64,000 nucleotides of DNA from IMG/VR virus record IMGVR_UViG_3300009034_000001, positions 177,415 to 241,414 of that record. One strand, given 5' to 3'. This document shows, one piece after another, positions 57,678 through 64,000 of the stretch. How positions within the stretch are numbered: the first letter of the stretch is position 1; the number at the start of each line of letters is the position of its first letter. The translations under genes and the position numbers were made by a program. Below the pieces are notes generated by a model, which worked only from the letters and a program-made list of their open reading frames with translations, did not search any database and was not told where the DNA came from.

Positions 57678-58148
57678 CTAGACCGATAAGTACGCACGTG
57701 CACCAACACGCGTGATTGTTCCGCTCAAGCGATTCCACTCATTGCGAACGTACAGGGTCAGACGATCCTTAGTCTTCTTCTCATCCAAGCCACTTGTTCC
57801 CAGTTGGTCATAGAGCGTTCCAACAAACTCGCGCAACTGGATTGTGTCACCAGCACCCATCTCAGACATCAGATTTCTAACTTCAGTCCGTATCCATGTT
57901 GAAACCGCGAACTCATTAGCCTGACCGTTCGAACTAGTTTCGGCATGAGCCTTTTTCTCCTCGTGCTCAACGATTACGTCTTCTAGTTTCCTAAACATTG
58001 ATATCACCTCCTTTTTCCCCCACACCTTGGTGGGTATATTTTTTTCCTCATAACACTGTCCAATCTTTTTGTAAGGACAGTTGGGACACCCACACCGATC
58101 CACTCGCCCGTACCTCTCAAAAATCTCTTCCTCGTACCTACAACCCAT
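57678..58148 (-). CDS. Family D protein (core start 57998; optional Cys-rich N-terminal extension)
   Basis: Family D motifs; GGAGGT and in-frame ATG at 57998. Confidence 0.8.
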   Translation of the reverse strand: MGCRYEEEIFERYGRVDRCGCPNCPYKKIGQCYEEKNIPTKVWGKKEVISMFRKLEDVIVEHEEKKAHAETSSNGQANEFAVSTWIRTEVRNLMSEMGAGDTIQLREFVGTLYDQLGTSGLDEKKTKDRLTLYVRNEWNRLSGTITRVGARAYLSV

Positions 58149-58273
58149 TCTTTATTTTTCCTTCCCCTGGGTCCGGCACCGCATCCGGATCCTCCTTTAC
58201 CGGTTTTTTGTTGCATTCCTTCGCCGTGTGTAGGGGGAACCTTTTACAGTCCCCCCACCGGGTCAAGTCCTAC

Positions 58274-58726
58274 TTAAATTGTCAAAAAGGCTCTGGAACC
58301 TACCCTGACAATCCTTCCACCCATGTCCTTCCAACAATTCCTTATATAGAGGACCATCCTGTCGTCCAATTTCTTTCTTGGAATTGTTGTTGAACCTTCC
58401 ACCTGGTCCGTGAGTCCTGAGCTAAAATCCCTCAATTTAATACACTCACCTTCCACCAGGTTTCCTAAAAGTACCTTACACTCATTCCGGACCCAAGTAC
58501 TAACATATTCACTTTGGTCCTTGGTCGTGCCATTTCCCTGGACAACCTTTTTGTCCTCATACTCCCGGACAACGTCGTCCAATTTTTTAAATGTGTTTTC
58601 CATAGTCCCGTCCTCCTTTTTATTTGGATTTTGGTGTCCCTGCAATAAGTTTTCCATGTCCCCTCCTTTTTCGGGCCCGTTTATATTTTTTTGTCCGGAC
58701 CCAATTTTTTTATTCCACCTTAACAT
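58274..58726 (-). CDS. Family D protein with three nested in-frame starts (58726, 58657, 58603)
   Basis: Family D motifs; each ATG is preceded by its own SD-like sequence. Confidence 0.8.
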   Translation of the reverse strand: MLRWNKKIGSGQKNINGPEKGGDMENLLQGHQNPNKKEDGTMENTFKKLDDVVREYEDKKVVQGNGTTKDQSEYVSTWVRNECKVLLGNLVEGECIKLRDFSSGLTDQVEGSTTIPRKKLDDRMVLYIRNCWKDMGGRIVRVGSRAFLTI

Positions 58727-58779
58727 TTAATACCTTCCTTTTATTTTATTATAATATATTTCCCCTATGAACGTCCGGA

Positions 58780-59100
58780 GAGTTATCCGACAACGGATAT
58801 AGAACCTTACCTCTGTACCTCTAACTGTAGAATTAGATCTATATCTCTAGACGTATAGTCAAGATGGATTCTATAGGCATTTAATATATAATAGACTGCT
58901 ATATAGTCTAAAACTATAGTTAACTCTAAGACTCTAGAGATCATTGTATCTATAACTCTTTTACTAAGGATTTCTTATTACTTATGTAGAATTGATATAG
59001 CGGATATCTATATAGATATGGAGTAGAATAAGGATCTACTATACTAGACTCTTTATATAGCATCTCTCTGGGAACTAAGCTTTCCCTTAAGCTTTCTTTC
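58780..59100. other. Long AT-rich noncoding block enriched in TAG/CTA and short palindromes (candidate terminus, pac site or origin)
   Basis: No ORF; about 30 TAG/CTA triplets in about 280 bp (hand count); 16-bp palindrome at 59004-59019. Confidence 0.5.
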
Positions 59101-59348
59101 GGCCCATTTACTTAACAATCATCGAAACTCTCATTCTCTGTTTCTTTTTTGGCAGCCCAATTGTAGTTTACTGGTTCATAGTCGAGGCAGGTATGTGTTT
59201 CCTTATTATACCGAGGTGCTTTAAGAATACACTCTCGTAAAAGAGCTGTTGTGTAACGGTATTGAATACAAAATTTGCAATCACTCATCCTTTATACCTC
59301 CTTTAAACTTCCAATGAGGCCAAGAACGAATATGACATATAGTTTCCT

Positions 59349-59726
59349 TTAGTCTTCATCTAGCATATAAATATACTGTCGTGCGATTTCACATAGAGCA
59401 ACAAATACAGCATCTTTATCACGTTCAAGCTGTCCTAACTCGATATACGGAACGAGGTCGGGGTGTGTCTTTTTTTCACGGCTGTATTCCACTCCGTACA
59501 CCCACCCCATTGTAAAATATGCCTGCATCCAGCTTCCGTGTAGCTCTTCTGGCGAGCGAGAACGCTGCTCTCCACACTGTCGCTCTATCACTTCACGGAA
59601 CTGTGCCTTGAATGACTCTTCACGTTCGTCCCATAGCACTGGTATTACTGGAGCATTTGCAGATTGTGCTGCTAGCCTTGCAGCATCGTACACAAACCTT
59701 GCTCGTCGCTCAATTAGTTCTTTCAT
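59349..59726 (-). CDS. RyR-domain protein
   Basis: H.SWM......GW.YG.....KKTHPDLVPY.EL...E..KD. Confidence 0.8.
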   Translation of the reverse strand: MKELIERRARFVYDAARLAAQSANAPVIPVLWDEREESFKAQFREVIERQCGEQRSRSPEELHGSWMQAYFTMGWVYGVEYSREKKTHPDLVPYIELGQLERDKDAVFVALCEIARQYIYMLDED

Positions 59727-60370
59727 CTCTATTTCCTCCTCTTATAAATTCACACATCTCTGAATCACTGAATGGTTCCTGTTCTTTCATTATCTTAACT
59801 CACAAGGGTAAAGTTCAATTTCCCACTTACACCAAGCTGGTCGTACTAAAATGTATTGACCATCTATATCAGTTATAAATCCATAAACCTTTCCTTTAGA
59901 CAATCTGTGTCTCAAGTGGAAAATGTCTTGCCTTATAATCTCAACTCTTTGACCTACTTTCATCCTTCATCCTCCTTTGTTGCGTTCAGTCTGGTGAATC
60001 ATATTCAGGAGTGTATCTGGTCATATTATAAATACGGAATGCCTTATCCGCGGGAAGTTTAATCAAATACTTTGTGTTCACTGGCGCATCATGACCTCTG
60101 GTGGCAATAATGGCAACACCGTCGCTTTTCATTTCCAAAACTTCTGTAATAAGGTTCGTCATCCAAGCCTCATGCTCGTTATTATAAAAAACAATGTCTC
60201 CCTTTTTAATTTTACTCATCATGCACCTCCTTTACCAACCCTTATCGTATCCGTGAATAATACAGCCCCATCTAATCCATGCTGTGTATAACCACCAAAG
60301 AATTAATCGGACTAGGCCAATTGGCCATGTAATGAAATAGAACAAGTACTTGTTCATAACCCCTCCTTTA

Positions 60371-60580
60371 CTATCTCTCAAGTGGACTCTTTATTATCAT
60401 CCACCTCTTTACTTTACTAACTCTTATTCCATTCTTATACACACTTTCGAAAGAGTTCTTTAATGCCTCTCTGATGTCATTTATGCTTATCTTCTCACCG
60501 TAGTGTTCTCTTGACTCTTCCTGATCTATTGCTACTATGTAATTTTGGATCATCTTAACCTCCTTTCTAAGCTGAGTCAA
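60371..60580 (-). CDS. Hypothetical protein (tandem paralog of 60591-60926)
   Basis: MIQ.Y.V.IDQ.E...INDIR.AL...YK.GIRV.KVK.WM. Confidence 0.7.
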   Translation of the reverse strand: MTQLRKEVKMIQNYIVAIDQEESREHYGEKISINDIREALKNSFESVYKNGIRVSKVKRWMIIKSPLER

Positions 60581-60590
60581 CTTAACAGCT

Positions 60591-60926
60591 CTATGAATCC
60601 AGCTTCTTTTTTATTTCTCCCAAATTTATTATTGACTCTATTTTCATCCATGACTTTACTTTCTTAACCCTTATTCCTTTCTTATAAAACCCCGCATAAA
60701 AATACATTCGCAAGGCAGTTCTGATATCATTTATAGTTACTTTTCCATCATAATACCTCTTCACCTCATTCCACTTTTTTGCTTCATCCTGATCTATTGA
60801 TACTAAATAACTTTGGATCATCTTAATCACCTCTCTTGTAATTCTCCTGAACCGATGTTTTACAACTGCCACAGCGCCATGTAACATAAATATTTGAGCC
60901 ATCTTTATCAGTGTCAATGTCCTCAA
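60591..60926 (-). CDS. Hypothetical protein (tandem paralog of 60371-60580)
   Basis: Same motifs; true start is likely the internal MIQSY. Confidence 0.7.
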   Translation of the reverse strand: MRTLTLIKMAQIFMLHGAVAVVKHRFRRITREVIKMIQSYLVSIDQDEAKKWNEVKRYYDGKVTINDIRTALRMYFYAGFYKKGIRVKKVKSWMKIESIINLGEIKKKLDS

Positions 60927-61341
60927 TCCACAAAAAACTCTCGCAGACAGGGCAAGTCATATCATCTCTTAAATGCATAAGTCTGTCTTCACAACTCATC
61001 TTTACCTCCTTTATCTTACCAATGTCTTGTTATAAAGCCTAGTACAAATAATCCGCAAGCACCTATAGCTAATATATAGAATACTGCAAGTACACTAAAA
61101 ATTATTTTTGCTGTTGATCTCATCTCTAATACCTCCTATTTAGGGACATGGTGTGCTTAGATGATGAAATGCAAGAATAGCTAAACAGCCTGCAGCTATC
61201 AATATGCAGTAGCCAAGTATGCAGCCTACTGTCTTGAATGTCACCCCTGCTATTACCTTTACCTTTACCTTCATATCCATTCCTCCCCACGTTCTTCAAA
61301 TTCCTTATAAAAAAAACAATGTATCCCTTTTTTAATTTCAC

Positions 61342-61983
61342 TCATCTCCTTTTTCGCCTATAGCCTCCTTTGTTGTGTTTAGGTTTTTCATAAATACTTA
61401 CAATCTCAGCTCCTAGAATTTTCTCCATCCTTTTCAAGGCAAATTCATGTGCCTGTTCATCAAAGTCTGCCACACCCTCCTTTAATACGTACACCTTATA
61501 ATCACGATCTCTTAGGTCACTAGTAGTTTCCATTACACATATGGAGGTACATACGCCTACTATATATACTTCATCAATTCTCTCATGATCTAAAATCCCT
61601 TCCAAATGAGTATTATAAAAGGCAGAAAAGCGCCTCTTCCTAACAAGATAGTCATTTGGTACTACCTTTAGAGAATCGACAATCTCCGCACCTTTTGTGC
61701 CTTCAATGCAGTGTTTAGGAAATCGTTCAAATTCCAAATCGTTCTCTTGATGAGAATCTGTCACAAATATAATAACTGCGCCTGCTTTCCTCATATGATC
61801 TAGAGTTTTTTCTATAAAGGAGATAATCCCTCTTGCACTTTCACCGCAGTAAAGGGATCCGTTCTCCTCAATGAAGTCCTTTAACATATCTACAATAATG
61901 AATGCCTTCCGAGGTACTTTTTCCGCACAATATCGAAGTTCTTCACTTGACCATTGTTTTGACATCCTCGCTCCTCCCTTCAT
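61342..61983 (-). CDS. Isochorismatase-family cysteine hydrolase, nicotinamidase (PncA)-like
   Basis: IVDMLKDF, TDSH, FPKHCIEGTKGA, KRRFSAF, GVCTSICV: Asp-Lys-Cys triad plus metal ligands. Confidence 0.88.
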   Translation of the reverse strand: MKGGARMSKQWSSEELRYCAEKVPRKAFIIVDMLKDFIEENGSLYCGESARGIISFIEKTLDHMRKAGAVIIFVTDSHQENDLEFERFPKHCIEGTKGAEIVDSLKVVPNDYLVRKRRFSAFYNTHLEGILDHERIDEVYIVGVCTSICVMETTSDLRDRDYKVYVLKEGVADFDEQAHEFALKRMEKILGAEIVSIYEKPKHNKGGYRRKRR

Positions 61984-62213
61984 GAAATTCCTCTGCCTTT
62001 TGATAGTTCTCTGCTACACTACCACCATGAGATACAGCCGTAATGATCGATATCCAACTGTCACTATCTATTATTAACTTAATAACACCTCTATGTCCGT
62101 GTACTGGTAAATATCCATTTTCAATACATACATCTCCATTTGGTAGCCTGCTGAAATACCAGCCATTTTCATAATGAAATCTATCCATCTTATTAAGCCT
62201 CCTGTTGAATAAT

Positions 62214-62438
62214 TTATTTCCACACTGCTGCTTCTACACAGGATTCAAAGTACTCTTTGTTCTTAGCTATTAAACATTCTTCACTACATATATAAGCACA
62301 AAAATCTATTTCTAGCCAAGTAGTAAGTTCTTTACAATTCCAACATGGACGAGGATCCTTTCCTTTCAACATTCCATTATACTGATGTAAGTATTTAGCC
62401 TTTGGGTACTTTTTATCAAATTTCACTTCATCCTCCAA
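62214..62438 (-). CDS. Zn-finger protein (paralog of 62993-63208)
   Basis: KFDKKYP.A.YL.Q...MLKGK...PCWNCKELTTW...CSEECL..KNKEY. Confidence 0.75.
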   Translation of the reverse strand: MEDEVKFDKKYPKAKYLHQYNGMLKGKDPRPCWNCKELTTWLEIDFCAYICSEECLIAKNKEYFESCVEAAVWK

Positions 62439-62480
62439 TGCTTTAATCTGAACTACAATTTAAGCTTACTTTTACTTCAA

Positions 62481-62963
62481 TCACTTAACTTCCCTTATGT
62501 AACCTCTCTTCACCATCTCGGGATACTCACCAAAACCACCATCGCTATAACCACGTAGAGGTATAAGCCGCTTACCGCCTGTTCCTCTAACACGATACAG
62601 AGTGGCGCCACTTTTAGCAACAATTCCATAGTATCTTACAATTCCCTTGGGCAGTCTATGAGCAAAGTGAGCAATATCCCTTCTATCACCAACTGAAAGC
62701 ACATGAGAAGGAAGCGAGCCGAATGAGGTACTACCTCCTGGGTGAGTATGAAAGTTAACTAGGTGCTTCTTCCAATCAAAACGTATCCTCATTGTAACAC
62801 CAGTATCATCTCCTTTACTAACAGAAGCTCTATCAAACTTGCCAGACTTGAGAATATAAATGCCAGCCTCGCGTATGGTTACACCTTTAGTCCTTAGTTG
62901 AGTAAACATTGTTCTAAGTTGAGCTCTCGTCATAAGTCTTCCACATCTTCTTTTTCTAGCCAT
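62481..62963 (-). CDS. JAB/MPN-like metalloprotein
   Basis: RE.G....FHTHP...S..D spacing; followed by YYGIV strand. Confidence 0.6.
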   Translation of the reverse strand: MARKRRCGRLMTRAQLRTMFTQLRTKGVTIREAGIYILKSGKFDRASVSKGDDTGVTMRIRFDWKKHLVNFHTHPGGSTSFGSLPSHVLSVGDRRDIAHFAHRLPKGIVRYYGIVAKSGATLYRVRGTGGKRLIPLRGYSDGGFGEYPEMVKRGYIREVK

Positions 62964-62992
62964 TATATTATCCTAACTTACAAAATGCAGAT

Positions 62993-63208
62993 TTACCTTT
63001 CATCTTGCCTGCCAAATGCTTCACAATATTCTTTATTCTTAATGGCTAAACATTCTTCGCTGCACAGGTAAGCTTGAAAATCCATATCTACCCAAGTAGT
63101 AAGTTCCTTACAATTCCAACATGGCTGAGGATTGTCCTCTTTGCCCTTCAACATACTACCGCACTGCTTTAAATATTCAGCGTTTGGATATTTCTTATCA
63201 AATTTCAT
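62993..63208 (-). CDS. Zn-finger protein (paralog of 62214-62438)
   Basis: Same motifs. Confidence 0.75.
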   Translation of the reverse strand: MKFDKKYPNAEYLKQCGSMLKGKEDNPQPCWNCKELTTWVDMDFQAYLCSEECLAIKNKEYCEAFGRQDER

Positions 63209-63436
63209 CTCCTTATCTCCTTAACCACACAAATTTCTTTAATCTATACCAATAGGTAGGCTTGAAGTATGGACAATTCCCTTTGCTGTTATATAAACTC
63301 CTTTGTTCATAGTTTATAACGCCCGTGTATTTATTACTAGGAACGTGACTACACATAGTTGAAGTGCTTCTGTTTAAACAATCTTTACAGTATACTTTCA
63401 GGCTAACCATTTTTTGTCCTCCTTATCAAAACTGAC

Positions 63437-64000
63437 TTAAGTGGCTATCAGTTTTTTGAACCCCTCTTCGTTTAATATCTTGACACCCAGTGTCTTTGCC
63501 TTCTCAAGCTTGGATCCAGCTTCTTTACCTACCACTACGAAATCGGTCTTACGACTAACCGAAGAACCAACCAAACCTCCCAACCCCTGAACTATACGTC
63601 TGGCCTCGTCTCTGGTAAAAGACTCTTGTTTACCGGTAAACACAAAAGTTTTGCCCAAAAGTGCAGATTTAATAGCCACTACTTTCTTTTCCTTAACAAT
63701 CTCCACGCCTGCTTTAAGTATCCTTTCTATGATATTTAAGTTGTTCTTATCTTTAAAAAATCCCACTACACTCTTGGCAACCTCTGGTCCTATCTCTTCA
63801 ATGGTCATAAGTTCCTCTTCTCCTGCCCTAAGTGCCTTTATACCCGCGAAATTATCTGCCAATACTTGGGCCACATGCCCGCCCACATGGCGGATTCCCA
63901 GAGCATATAAAAACCTGCCTAAGGTGGTCTTTTTGCTCCTTTCGATGGCCTCCATGATGTTTTGGGCAGACTTCTCAGCCATGCGCTCTAGATTGGCCAG
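63437..64000 (-). CDS. ligA: NAD-dependent DNA ligase, C-terminal HhH and BRCT part (5' end outside the window)
   Basis: LERMAEKSAQN...RFLYALGIRHVG...IGPEVA.S...GKTFVFTG...VSRKTDFVVVG..AGSKL.KA..LGV. Confidence 0.95.
   Translation of the reverse strand: MANLERMAEKSAQNIMEAIERSKKTTLGRFLYALGIRHVGGHVAQVLADNFAGIKALRAGEEELMTIEEIGPEVAKSVVGFFKDKNNLNIIERILKAGVEIVKEKKVVAIKSALLGKTFVFTGKQESFTRDEARRIVQGLGGLVGSSVSRKTDFVVVGKEAGSKLEKAKTLGVKILNEEGFKKLIAT

Larger units (their letters stand above)
1..64000 (-). other. Large-phage early/accessory gene region; about 100 further small hypothetical minus-strand CDS are not listed individually
   Basis: Dense, head-to-tail small minus-strand ORFs with GGAGG RBS and stop/start overlaps; strong sigma70-like promoters; tRNA; no host housekeeping operons. 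Confidence 0.85.

Noticed and set aside
145-60291. Plus-strand ORFs in the ORF track
   Set aside because: They are antisense shadows of well-supported minus-strand genes, with no RBS and no recognisable motifs.
61126-61341. 71-aa ORF as a real gene
   Set aside because: Its start is a degenerate copy of the 59986-60222 gene start with altered homopolymer lengths, so it is more likely a remnant than a functional CDS.
1-64000. Genome-wide TGA or TAG stop-codon reassignment
   Set aside because: TGA and TAG terminate paralogs at homologous positions, often in ATGA overlaps (e.g. 41421-41424), and coding density is already high with the standard code. Only one convincing in-frame TGA was seen.
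1-64000. Prophage or host chromosomal context
   Set aside because: No integrase, att site, transposase or host operons are visible. ligA and the sigma factor are embedded among phage-type small genes.

Overview
This window looks like the early, accessory (host-takeover) arm of a large lytic bacteriophage. It is AT-rich, and essentially all real genes (well over 150, mostly 50-150 aa with clear GGAGG ribosome-binding sites) lie on the minus strand. No structural, integrase or reverse-transcriptase genes are visible. A PxxKW protein, an RpoH-like sigma factor and a PC4-like pair suggest a Desulfobacterota (deltaproteobacterial) host; this is inference. Recognisable genes: B12-dependent radical SAM (partial), HAD phosphatase, DMP19-like DNA mimic, SLOG protein, tRNA-Glu(TTC), sigma-70-family factor, transglutaminase-like and 3D-domain proteins, YgiT-type zinc finger, RyR-domain protein, nicotinamidase-like hydrolase, JAB-like protein and NAD-dependent ligase (partial). 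The dominant unexplained structure is four expanded families of small unknown proteins: family A (21 Cys-rich copies with conserved ends and hypervariable cores), B (6), C (7) and D (4), with near-identical DNA at gene junctions and mosaic cores. Other notable signals are six copies of a sigma70-like promoter with a fixed GGWCC box, a GTCC/GGAC-saturated block next to a TAG/CTA-rich noncoding block (candidate terminus or origin), and a HAD gene with an in-frame TGA followed by a bSECIS-like hairpin. All family and function calls come from motif reading by eye; no database searches were run.
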